Positions 21,421 to 30,003 of a stretch of DNA of 64,000 bases are shown here, piece by piece. The notes under the pieces were generated by a model that made no database searches, was not told the origin of the DNA, and worked only from the letters and a program-made list of their open reading frames with translations. Both the position numbers and the translations under genes were made by a program. Position 1 is the first letter of the stretch, and each line of letters begins with the position of its first letter. The stretch is from NCBI GenBank assembly GCA_040220235.1, contig JAVJTO010000081.1; one strand, written 5' to 3'. The stretch is from Coleofasciculus sp. B1-GNL1-01 (GTDB taxonomy: Bacteria; Cyanobacteriota; Cyanobacteriia; Cyanobacteriales; Coleofasciculaceae).

Positions 21421-22893
21421 TTACACGCTGGCAACCAGTTCCTCAACTACCGCACGGATACCTCGAGCAACATTGCAAAATGCTTCGTCACGATTTCCCC
21501 ACTTGCTTACAGGTTTACCATCTTTAGGCAGTGGTTTAAGCTTGCCAAACGGTGCATTTTCCCAATTATCAGTGGGGTGGAGAATTATAGGAATAACCCG
21601 GGCTGTCTTCGCTTCATGTTTCTCCATTGCCCGCCTTACCTCAACACCCCAGCAATAATTTGAAGCCAGAAAATTTGTACTAATTAACAGTAAAATTACA
21701 CTAGCTGTATCTAGGTGGGGGTTGATTTCATTTTGCCATTCTTTTCCTGCTCCAATTTTACGTTTGTGCCAAGTTGTAACCACGCCCTGCCGTTTCAAAA
21801 TAATGAGGTGTTTTTCTAGCTCATCGCGTAGCTTTTCGTCTTGGCTAGCAAATGAGAAGAAGACTTCAATTGGTTTAACAGACGTAACTTGGTTGTCTAC
21901 TACATGCAAACTATTAGATGAATGAGAGCTTATAACTTTCTTGCTGGCGTCTATATTTTTGGGGAGGGAATTTAATTCCTCTGTAATACATGCTAATGGT
22001 TTAGTTACTACAGTTTCTTCTTCTAATTCTGTAAGATTTTTACCTTTTTTAGAATTAAAGTCAATCTTAGGTAGCTGTAAAGGTACTCTTAAACACTCAC
22101 AAATAAACTTTTTGACTCCAAGATAGATTTGATTTTCCTGGGAATTAGGCTTAAAGATGCAAATATGGTTATCTGCGATGGCGACAGGCTTCACCCCTTC
22201 AATACCTGGATTAGCGCTATCCGGGTCTACAACCAAGATTCCCTGTATCGGCTTCGTCTCATAATAAACCTTTGTTTGAATTTTCAGATGACGAACATTT
22301 TCCCGATACCATTCATTTAGTTCACGCAACTGAGGAGCGTGTGCTTTTAGTTCTTCAACGCTCACTGTGCTTCGCGCAAGAATGCCAATATTATCGATTA
22401 GTTGAGCTAGATGAGAACCGGTGTGTGGAGTGGCTAGAAACACAATACCCTTAGTCTTTTCTATAAGGGATTGTTTTCTGAAAGTCTGAGCGGTTCTCAG
22501 CATTGCTTTTACCACTAATCCACCCAAGCTGTGAGTAACGAATATCAGCGGACGCTGACCAATATCACGATTTTCTAACCAATCTAGTAAGTTGCTAGCT
22601 TGGTCAAAAAGTGGCATTGTTGAACCTTTCCATTCAAAAGCTTCAGCCGCATACCCAAAAGACCATATCCCAATATCTAACAAATCTGTTCCCAGCCAAG
22701 TCAGCCAAAAGTTATCATCATATAGCTCTTGCGGATGCCAAGTACTCCGAGCATTCCCACCTAAACCATGAATAAAGATGACATCGCCACTCCGACTAGC
22801 ATTTTCGCAACCTGATATTTTAATCAAACCCCTCTTTGTTTGCAAATTTTTATCGTATGAATTAGGCTTTTTACGACGCTTGAAAAAAAACAT
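21421..22893 (-). CDS. Alpha/beta hydrolase (PGAP1/SERAC1-like lipase) fused to a C-terminal TIR domain
   Basis: FIHGLGG, THSLGG, FLATPH.GS, YYET and NH..I.KP; TIR motifs VFFSFA..D, LLLIS.NFLAS.YC...E and VIPIIL. Confidence 0.88.
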   Translation of the reverse strand: MFFFKRRKKPNSYDKNLQTKRGLIKISGCENASRSGDVIFIHGLGGNARSTWHPQELYDDNFWLTWLGTDLLDIGIWSFGYAAEAFEWKGSTMPLFDQASNLLDWLENRDIGQRPLIFVTHSLGGLVVKAMLRTAQTFRKQSLIEKTKGIVFLATPHTGSHLAQLIDNIGILARSTVSVEELKAHAPQLRELNEWYRENVRHLKIQTKVYYETKPIQGILVVDPDSANPGIEGVKPVAIADNHICIFKPNSQENQIYLGVKKFICECLRVPLQLPKIDFNSKKGKNLTELEEETVVTKPLACITEELNSLPKNIDASKKVISSHSSNSLHVVDNQVTSVKPIEVFFSFASQDEKLRDELEKHLIILKRQGVVTTWHKRKIGAGKEWQNEINPHLDTASVILLLISTNFLASNYCWGVEVRRAMEKHEAKTARVIPIILHPTDNWENAPFGKLKPLPKDGKPVSKWGNRDEAFCNVARGIRAVVEELVASV

Positions 22894-23074
22894 ATTAGGC
22901 TTTCCTTTGAAAATAGCGTAATTTTAATGCAACTATTCAATTAGTAATACTGGCTACTATGTTAGCTGTATTAACGATGATTGAGATTATTGGATGTGCC
23001 AGTTGAAAGAGTAGAACGCATTGTTAAAATACAATCAATGTGGGGTTAGTGAGAAGAATCTAGCGATCGCCCTG

Positions 23075-23461
23075 CTAACCTGATCCTCCCTGACTCAACA
23101 CAGACACAATGTACTGATTGAGGCTCACATTTTCCCTGTCCGCTTTCTCAGCCAAACGACGATGCAACGATTTCGGCATCCGCAGGAGTAGCTTACCACT
23201 GTAAGTATCATCCGTACTGGGTAAAGGAATCTCATCTCCAGCTTCATAAGCTGTCTCAATCCACAACTCTCGCGCCTCATTTATGTTTGCGATCGTCTCA
23301 TCCAACGTTTCACCTTGAGTCAGACATCCAGGCAAATCTTTAATCTGAGCTACATATCCCCCCTCTGGATCGGGGTAAAGTGTTACTGGATACTGAAGAT
23401 TCAAATAATAGTCCAATGGCTGCTTCTCACTCAGCTTGTTCTTCTGGTTCAGTGTCTTCAT
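23075..23461 (-). CDS. hicB: HicB family antitoxin
   Basis: DLPGC.TQGET..E...NI.EA..LW plus RHH tail YSGKLLLRMPKSLH..L...A..E.VSLNQY. Confidence 0.93.
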   Translation of the reverse strand: MKTLNQKNKLSEKQPLDYYLNLQYPVTLYPDPEGGYVAQIKDLPGCLTQGETLDETIANINEARELWIETAYEAGDEIPLPSTDDTYSGKLLLRMPKSLHRRLAEKADRENVSLNQYIVSVLSQGGSG

Positions 23462-23702
23462 CGCTCCATTCCTCCAAGTTCAATAACTCAACGATTTGCT
23501 TGACATAAACCCCTTTAACTTTCTGTCCGCCTTTTTTGGGTACAGTAATTTTTCTACCTTGTGAATCTCGAAAACTATGGTGGCTACCCTTCGACCTTTT
23601 CTCTTCAAAGCCGAAAGCTTCCAGAAGGTAGCGCACGTCCTCAAACCGCACTTCTGGCGGTTTATTCAGGAATTGCTCTACTAATTTCTCTAATTTGCCC
23701 AT
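23427..23702 (-). CDS. hicA: HicA family toxin
   Basis: LL..FGF.....KGSH..F and ITVP; overlaps hicB by 35 nt. Confidence 0.92.
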   Translation of the reverse strand: MGKLEKLVEQFLNKPPEVRFEDVRYLLEAFGFEEKRSKGSHHSFRDSQGRKITVPKKGGQKVKGVYVKQIVELLNLEEWSDEDTEPEEQAE

Positions 23703-23788
23703 CCAGCAACATGATCACAGGTAGTATCATAGCAAGGATTTAAACGCGCTGTTCTGCTCTAAGTCCACTCTTCCACAGCCGAAGCAGT

Positions 23789-23918
23789 AAGTAGGTGGAC
23801 ACAATTAAAGTGAACGGTTGAGATTAGGGAACAGGGAACAGGGAACAGGGAACAGTAAGGGTTTGAGGGCAATTTGCAAAACTTAACACAGTACCGTTTT
23901 CTTTTGTCCGACTACTTA
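23789..23918. mobile_element. MITE with TAAGTAG..GGACA.AA terminal inverted repeats and an internal (GGGAACA)n tract
   Basis: TAAGTAGGTGGACACAA ... TTTTGTCCGACTACTTA; partial copies near 2415, 19166, 28294 and 57565. Confidence 0.75.
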
Positions 23919-24082
23919 GGAGATGCGATCGCCTTGGCGATGGTGGCGTGAGCGCATATATTTCTGTTGAGTATGGCTTTGAGAGGGGATTGCGATCGCG
24001 CGATTTTACTTTGCCAGGACTATAGATCTGCCCCCCGGAAGAACTGCCGGATCTAGAATAGAAAGAGTTTCTGAGGTTCTCT

Positions 24083-24703
24083 GTGAAGCTAAAGCACTTA
24101 CTGTTACCCCTAGGAATTCTAGCCGTCGTTGCGATCGCCTTCTTCGCCTACGATGCGGCTACGGCTCCCTTGCCAGAAGGATTCCCGCCTCCAACAGCAG
24201 AGGGGAAAATTGAAGTCAAACACTATCCAGCCTACCGCTCTGCCACAGTTCGCTACTCAGGAGAACTCTCAATGGCAGCCAATAGAGCATTTGATCCTCT
24301 CTATCGCCATATCAGTTCTAACAATATCTCGATGACGGCTCCAGTCGAAACCCGTTATCCAGTTAGCACCCTGGAAGCCAATCAAATGGGTCCACCTGAT
24401 GAACAAGGGGAAGCGCTGGTTTCATTCCTCTACCGCAACACGGATATCTACCCCGACGAAATTAGCCAAAACATTCAAGTAGAAGATATTCCACCCATGA
24501 CAGTCGTCAGTCTGGGGTTAAAAGGCAGTTACGATTACTCCAGCTATCAACAAAATATCCAACGGTTACGAGAGTGGTTAGCACAGCATCCAGAATGGAC
24601 TGTTGTTGGCTCCCCTCGCCGTTTCTTCTACGATGCTCCTTATGTCCCCGAACCTGCCAAGCGCAGTGAAATCCAAATTCCGATTCGCCGGGTAGAAGGT
24701 TGA
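24083..24703 (+). CDS. SOUL family heme-binding protein
   Basis: IEVK.YP.YR.A, AF..L..HI..N.I.MTAPV and R...Y..P.......R.EI.IP. Confidence 0.85.
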   Translation: MKLKHLLLPLGILAVVAIAFFAYDAATAPLPEGFPPPTAEGKIEVKHYPAYRSATVRYSGELSMAANRAFDPLYRHISSNNISMTAPVETRYPVSTLEANQMGPPDEQGEALVSFLYRNTDIYPDEISQNIQVEDIPPMTVVSLGLKGSYDYSSYQQNIQRLREWLAQHPEWTVVGSPRRFFYDAPYVPEPAKRSEIQIPIRRVEG

Positions 24704-24915
24704 TGAAGGGGTTGGTGTTAAGCGCGATCGCGTTTCATCCTGTGCTGTTCGCCACAGATTCATCAAGTCAGATAAACGCTGTCCTTACCTGAGAGCCTCT
24801 TGTTCACCAACTAGAGTTAGTTATACTTTAGATGAGCGATCGCTCTGGGTTTCCTGGTTGTAAATATGAATGGTAGCATGAACAGTTACTTGGAACACTT
24901 TACCCTATAGCCATC

Positions 24916-25209
24916 GTGTTTGAGATTGAGTTAACAGACCAAGCTATTGAGGATTTGCAGTGGTTTAAGAAACACCAACAGAATGTAATTATTGATGGCA
25001 TTGAGGCAAACCTTGGTTATGAGCCAGCTACCGAGACGCGCAACCGGAAGCGCCTGCGTCCAAACGATACAGCGGAATGGGAATTGAGGCTGGGTGTGTA
25101 CCGCGTTCTGTATAACGTTGAGGAAAAAGTTAGAATCGTCAGTATCGAGCGCATAGCTGCCAAGCAGAGGAACAAGTATATATTTCAAGGAGAGGAGGGA
25201 GAACTATGA
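24916..25209 (+). CDS. RelE/ParE family toxin
   Basis: FEIELT..A.EDL, L..EP..ETRNRKRL and WELR.G.YRVLY.V. Confidence 0.88.
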   Translation: MFEIELTDQAIEDLQWFKKHQQNVIIDGIEANLGYEPATETRNRKRLRPNDTAEWELRLGVYRVLYNVEEKVRIVSIERIAAKQRNKYIFQGEEGEL

Positions 25210-25502
25210 TGCACTGGGATTATCGGGTGTTCTTTGAGGATGATGGCTACACAATCCGCACTGTGTATTATGATGATCGCGGCGCGATTGCTGCCTGTTC
25301 AGAAAAGCCGATTGAGCCTTTCGGAGAGTCACTAGAAGACCTTCAAGATGAATTAAATCTTCTACAGGCGGCTTTAAAAAAGAAAGTTCTTTCGGCTTCT
25401 GATGTGCCAGATCAAAGCCTTCGTCCGAAGGTAAAGAGAGGAAAATCATTAAAGGCAGTGCGTGAGCAATTTGGCTTACAGGCAGAAGTAGCTCAGGAGT
25501 GA
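25206..25502 (+). CDS. Hypothetical protein, candidate antitoxin
   Basis: ATGA overlap with the toxin stop codon; W.YRV...I..VYYD...P..P.GE..E.L...L..L..AL. Confidence 0.65.
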   Translation: MMHWDYRVFFEDDGYTIRTVYYDDRGAIAACSEKPIEPFGESLEDLQDELNLLQAALKKKVLSASDVPDQSLRPKVKRGKSLKAVREQFGLQAEVAQE

Positions 25503-25538
25503 TAGGCGATCGTTCACGGACAACGATGGAATCGATCC

Positions 25539-25682
25539 GACGATTTTACCTCTGAGGAGATTTTCAGCGAACCGATTGGTGAGTTGGTGATGCGGGAGTT
25601 ACCGATGAAATTGCTTATTGTAGATGTAGAAGTGGTAGAGGTGAAGCGATGGATACCACCACGAGAGAGCAGGACATTGTAA
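25539..25682 (+). pseudogene. xisH: xisH 3' remnant
   Basis: Manual translation [41 protein letters not shown] matches the XisH C-terminus and overlaps the xisI start; 5' part absent. Confidence 0.7.
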
Positions 25683-25972
25683 AACAGGTGATTCAACGAT
25701 ACGCTAAGTTCAAACCTTCTCATGGCGATATTCGACTCGACACGGTGTTTGACGACGCGCAAAATCGCTATGCATTGATGCAGGTAGGTTGGGATAGAGG
25801 ACAACGGGTGAGGGGAAATTTGATTTATGTGACTTTGAGTGAAGGCAAGGTTTGGGTGGAATATGACGGGATGGAACAGGGAATCAGCAAAGACTTAATC
25901 GCCGCAGGTATTCCTCCAGAGCGAATTGTTCTAGCATTTCTCCCGGAAGAGCAAACTGCTGCAACGGCTTGA
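25649..25972 (+). CDS. xisI: XisI family protein
   Basis: VFD.....Y.L..VGW....RV, GKVW.EYDG.E.GI..DL...GIP...IVLAF. Confidence 0.92.
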   Translation: MDTTTREQDIVKQVIQRYAKFKPSHGDIRLDTVFDDAQNRYALMQVGWDRGQRVRGNLIYVTLSEGKVWVEYDGMEQGISKDLIAAGIPPERIVLAFLPEEQTAATA

Positions 25973-25992
25973 ATTTAAACAAGGAAAACATC

Positions 25993-26766
25993 ATGAACGA
26001 GGAAAAGAAATCGATTCACGACTTTGATTTTAAATTAATCTGCGAATATTTTTCAAGCCTAGAACGACAAGGACCTGGGAGTCCTGAAGTAACGATTAAA
26101 GCGTTGAGCTTTATTGATAATCTGACCAATGAATCACAAATTGCTGATATTGGTTGTGGCACCGGTAGTCAGACAATGGCAATGGCTAGTTGTACGTCAG
26201 GGTATATTACAGGAATCGACTTATTTCCCGGCTTTATAGATCTATTCAATCTTAACGTACATAAACGGAATCTTCAGGATAGAGTCAAGGGTATTGTTGG
26301 TTCAATGGAGAATCTTCCTTTTCAGCATGAAGAATTAGACTTAATCTGGTCAGAAGGAGCAATCTACAATATCGGGTTTGAACGAGGCATAAACGAATGG
26401 CATAAGTTTTTGAAGACAGGAGGCTTTATTGGCGTTTCAGAGGCATCATGGTTTACCGAAGAGCGACCTGATGAAATCGACAAATTTTGGAACGATGCTT
26501 ATCCGGAAATAGATACTATTTCAAACAAGGTTGCACAAATGCAAAAAGCCGGATATATTCCAATTGCCACTTTTGTCCTGCCCGAAAATTGTTGGACTGA
26601 ACATTTTTATACGCCGCAAGTTTCTGCACAGAAAAACTTCTTGGAAAAGTATGCAGGCAATAAAACAGCCGAAGAGTTCATAGAAAACGAAAGACATGAA
26701 TCCGAATTATATTACAAATACAAAGATTTTTATGGCTATGCTTTCTATATTGGCAAAAAGATTTAA
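25993..26766 (+). CDS. Class I SAM-dependent methyltransferase
   Basis: [14 protein letters not shown] and [14 protein letters not shown]; start placed at MNEEKK behind AAGGAA. Confidence 0.9.
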   Translation: MNEEKKSIHDFDFKLICEYFSSLERQGPGSPEVTIKALSFIDNLTNESQIADIGCGTGSQTMAMASCTSGYITGIDLFPGFIDLFNLNVHKRNLQDRVKGIVGSMENLPFQHEELDLIWSEGAIYNIGFERGINEWHKFLKTGGFIGVSEASWFTEERPDEIDKFWNDAYPEIDTISNKVAQMQKAGYIPIATFVLPENCWTEHFYTPQVSAQKNFLEKYAGNKTAEEFIENERHESELYYKYKDFYGYAFYIGKKI

Positions 26767-26849
26767 ATTGAACGATTGAATGTTTGATGGTTTTGTCAAC
26801 CCTTTAATACTCACTTAAAACTGATATTTGTTTGATTACGGTTTTGGCT

Positions 26850-27518
26850 ATGCTCGACAATCTTGCGCGAAAACGCTTGATCAGCATTGAAGATGCTGCT
26901 GAAGCGATTGTTCGACAGCGAACAATTATTCCAGATCACCAGGCGCTTCTAGTCGCGATTTCAGGGATAGATGGTTCAGGGAAAGGCTATCTCACCGACA
27001 AAATTGCCACCCTACTTTTGAAACGAAGTCTCAATATCGCAAACATCAATCTTGATGGTTGGTTAAATCTGCCTGAAAAACGCTTTAGTAAAATTAATCT
27101 ACCGGAACACTTCTACCAACATGCGATTCGTTTTAAAGAGTTATTTGATCAACTCGTCTTTCCATTACGCGATCGCCGCTCCATTTATCTTAAGGCAGAT
27201 TTCACGGAAGAAACAGCTACGAAATATCGAAAACATATCTACAGCTTTGAGGAAGTAGACATTATTTTGCTAGAGGGAATCTACTTACTAAAGCATCAAT
27301 TTCAGTCATATTACAATCTCTCTTTCTGGATTGATTGCAGCTTTGAGACAGCCCTAGAACGGGCGATTGCTCGTTCACAAGAGGGATTGTCTCCAGAAGA
27401 AACAATTCAGGCATATCAGACGATTTACTTCCCGGCTCAGAAAATTCATTTTGAGCTTGACCGACCGCAACAATCTGCGATCGCAATAATTAACAACGAT
27501 CCCAGATTAGAAGGGTGA
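26850..27518 (+). CDS. Uridine kinase-like P-loop kinase
   Basis: Walker A GIDGSGKG, LLEGIYL and Y.PAQ..H. Confidence 0.8.
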   Translation: MLDNLARKRLISIEDAAEAIVRQRTIIPDHQALLVAISGIDGSGKGYLTDKIATLLLKRSLNIANINLDGWLNLPEKRFSKINLPEHFYQHAIRFKELFDQLVFPLRDRRSIYLKADFTEETATKYRKHIYSFEEVDIILLEGIYLLKHQFQSYYNLSFWIDCSFETALERAIARSQEGLSPEETIQAYQTIYFPAQKIHFELDRPQQSAIAIINNDPRLEG

Positions 27519-27602
27519 GTTTTTTTCAGCAGCAGAAATTGAGGAGTATCTACTCTCCTTACTAAGATTTATCTATCATCCCTACATACAGCTAGAACCA
27601 AT

Positions 27603-28226
27603 CTACGCGATCGCGCCCTCAAAATAAATTCTAAATGGTTCAGCAAGAATGCCTAATATTTGATTTAACTGAGTGATAAAATATTCAGTCAAATCAATTT
27701 TAACAATCTGATTTTCTAACATAATAAACTTCCAGTTCGTACCCGTTGAAACTGCACCATATACTACTGGCTGTTCCAGCCCCTTACGGATATTAAATAT
27801 TTGAGCAGCGACCATTTGAGCGACACATTGTCCTAACCCAATGCGGATATCATTATCTTTCGCTTCAACCAATGTTAAAACAGGAGCAGTAACTAGGGAT
27901 TGATTTTTTGATGCACTTAAGATAAAGTCACAAGCACCCGTTAACCCTTTTGATTCGTCAACATTAAACGTATTACCCGAAAAATAACCAATTTTATTAT
28001 GAAACTTACGTCTTACTTCCAATAAAACCGGAGTAATAATTAATTCAGATCGAGCTTTTTCTGTACTAATACTTGCCGCTAAATCCAAGGTTTCATCCAG
28101 CGTTTCCTTAAGGCGTTGTGAAGCTTCAATGGGTGCAATGTGACTAAATAAATGGGAAATATCCTCGACTGTTAATTCGAGGGTAGAAACGGCTTGGTCA
28201 ATGGTTTTGAAATCACTGTATGACAT
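27603..28226 (-). CDS. Cyanobacterial PD-(D/E)XK-like hypothetical protein
   Basis: EKARSELII.PVL, G.CDF, VEAK, GQC.A.M.AAQ.FN and G.VSTG..W.F; start placed at MSYSDF. Confidence 0.8.
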   Translation of the reverse strand: MSYSDFKTIDQAVSTLELTVEDISHLFSHIAPIEASQRLKETLDETLDLAASISTEKARSELIITPVLLEVRRKFHNKIGYFSGNTFNVDESKGLTGACDFILSASKNQSLVTAPVLTLVEAKDNDIRIGLGQCVAQMVAAQIFNIRKGLEQPVVYGAVSTGTNWKFIMLENQIVKIDLTEYFITQLNQILGILAEPFRIYFEGAIA

Positions 28227-28578
28227 ATTTCCAGAGTTAGCAGCACTGACAATGCTACTACAATCATTTTGCCACACTCTAAGTAGTCGGTGATAAGTGG
28301 GTGGACACAATTACAGCAGTTTGCTCGGCTATGCGGTACATTGTCGATCCCCCTAAATCCCATAAGCAAAAAAAGCGAAGCATCCTTTGGCTTCCCCATG
28401 GAACAAAAAGCGAAGCATCCTTTGGTCTCCCCCTTTTGAAGGGGGACGGGAGGGGGATCTGAAGGGGGACTTTGATCTACTGTACTTTATTACAGCGCAA
28501 AGAGCTGTAGACCAGCGCGAAGCGCTATAAAAAAAGGATCACACAAAAAACGGACGAAAAAAATTTTCGCCAAGCGTG

Positions 28579-29490
28579 TCATTTAGAGACAACAATATCA
28601 GCTAACGCAGGTTTGACATTGGCATAGTCATAGTTAAAACCACTGCTAGTTGTCCGCTTAGGCAACACCTTTTGACCCTCTAGCACAACCTTAGCCCCCT
28701 CTCCCAGTAAGGCTTCTAGGGCAATGCTGGGAACGGGTAACCAGGAGGGACGATTCATGACATCTCCCAAAGTCTGACAAAATTCCGACATCCGCACGGG
28801 GTTAGGTGCTGTTCCATTAAATACCCCTTCCATATCATCGCGGGTGAGTGCATTGATAATCAAGTTCACCAAATCCTCTCGGTGAATCCACGAAAACCAC
28901 TGACGCCCACTACCAATTGGACCTCCAGCAAACAGTTGAAAAGGAGGTAACATTTTCGCTAGTGCGCCACCATTTCCTAAAACAATGCCAAACCGCAGGA
29001 TAACCAAGCGGACTCCAGCCTCTTTTACCTTTTGCGCTTCCGCTTCCCACGCCTGACAGACTTGGGCAAGAAAATCATCTCCAGGGGGGCTGGTTTCAGT
29101 GTATGTTGCCGTTTCGCTAGTCCCGTAATAGCCAACAGCCGACGCATTCACTAAGACACTGGGTTTGGATTGCGCTTGGTTGATTGCTTCAACAATTCGC
29201 CGGGTTCCCAGTTGGCGGCTATCGAGAATTGCTTTTTTCCGTTCCGGTGTCCAGCGATTCTCACCGATGGGTTCCCCCGCCAAATTTACCACCCCATCAC
29301 ACCCGGCGATCGCGTCTTGCCAAGATCCCGATTCGGTGGGCGTATAGCCGACAATCTCTAAATCAGGAAACAGCCGAGTTGCTTTGGCTCGGTTTCGGGT
29401 TAAAATCATCGGTTGATGCTCTAACTCAAGCAGACGCTTGACTAAACGAGAACCAATAAATCCGGTTGCTCCAGTAATAGCGATTTTCAC
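28579..29490 (-). CDS. TIGR01777 family NAD-dependent epimerase-like protein (ThyD/YfcH-like)
   Basis: ITGATGFIG, VNLAGEPI...RW, SAVGYYG and G.G.QW.SWIH..D; GTG start at 29490. Confidence 0.92.
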   Translation of the reverse strand: MKIAITGATGFIGSRLVKRLLELEHQPMILTRNRAKATRLFPDLEIVGYTPTESGSWQDAIAGCDGVVNLAGEPIGENRWTPERKKAILDSRQLGTRRIVEAINQAQSKPSVLVNASAVGYYGTSETATYTETSPPGDDFLAQVCQAWEAEAQKVKEAGVRLVILRFGIVLGNGGALAKMLPPFQLFAGGPIGSGRQWFSWIHREDLVNLIINALTRDDMEGVFNGTAPNPVRMSEFCQTLGDVMNRPSWLPVPSIALEALLGEGAKVVLEGQKVLPKRTTSSGFNYDYANVKPALADIVVSK

Positions 29491-29497
29491 GATTAAC

Positions 29498-29887
29498 TTA
29501 CTCTGCTCCCTGTGCTTGTTTTGTATCACCGTAAGCCATACCATTGGCTTCGGCATAGCGGTGCATAAAGCGCATGAAACGATCCCAGTGATCTTGGCGT
29601 TCGACTTCAAATTCGCAGTCTACCCGCTTTAAATCATCGCCTTCTGGACCACCGAATATAAATTTAACTGACGAGGGTTCCACACTAATTTGCCCTTCTT
29701 CATCAATCAAGAGTAAGGCATTGGCGAATCGTTTGGTATAACTCTGAAATTTTTCTATCGCTTTTAAGGAATCGAAACTCATTAATACTGAACGCACACC
29801 CGAACTTCGATTGCGCCGTAAGCTAACATTGCTCAGTTCTTCAGGAAGTCCTTCAAAAAATTGAATTGATGGTGTTTGGGATGTCAT
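29498..29887 (-). CDS. psb28: Photosystem II assembly factor Psb28 family
   Basis: IQFF.G..E....V.L.R, L.DEEG.I and WDRFMRFM.RYAEANG. Confidence 0.93.
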   Translation of the reverse strand: MTSQTPSIQFFEGLPEELSNVSLRRNRSSGVRSVLMSFDSLKAIEKFQSYTKRFANALLLIDEEGQISVEPSSVKFIFGGPEGDDLKRVDCEFEVERQDHWDRFMRFMHRYAEANGMAYGDTKQAQGAE

Positions 29888-30003
29888 TTTTATAAGGAGA
29901 ATACTATATTGTTCAGTATACAAAACTTTATGCCTCTCACCGAAGAGATCCCCGACTTCTTCAAGAAGTCGGGGATCTAACACTCACGAGAAATGACTCA
30001 AAA

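Noticed and set aside
28579..29983. Long overlapping N-termini given for the TIGR01777 protein and Psb28
   Set aside because: Family motifs begin at 29490 and 29887; with these starts the genes do not overlap
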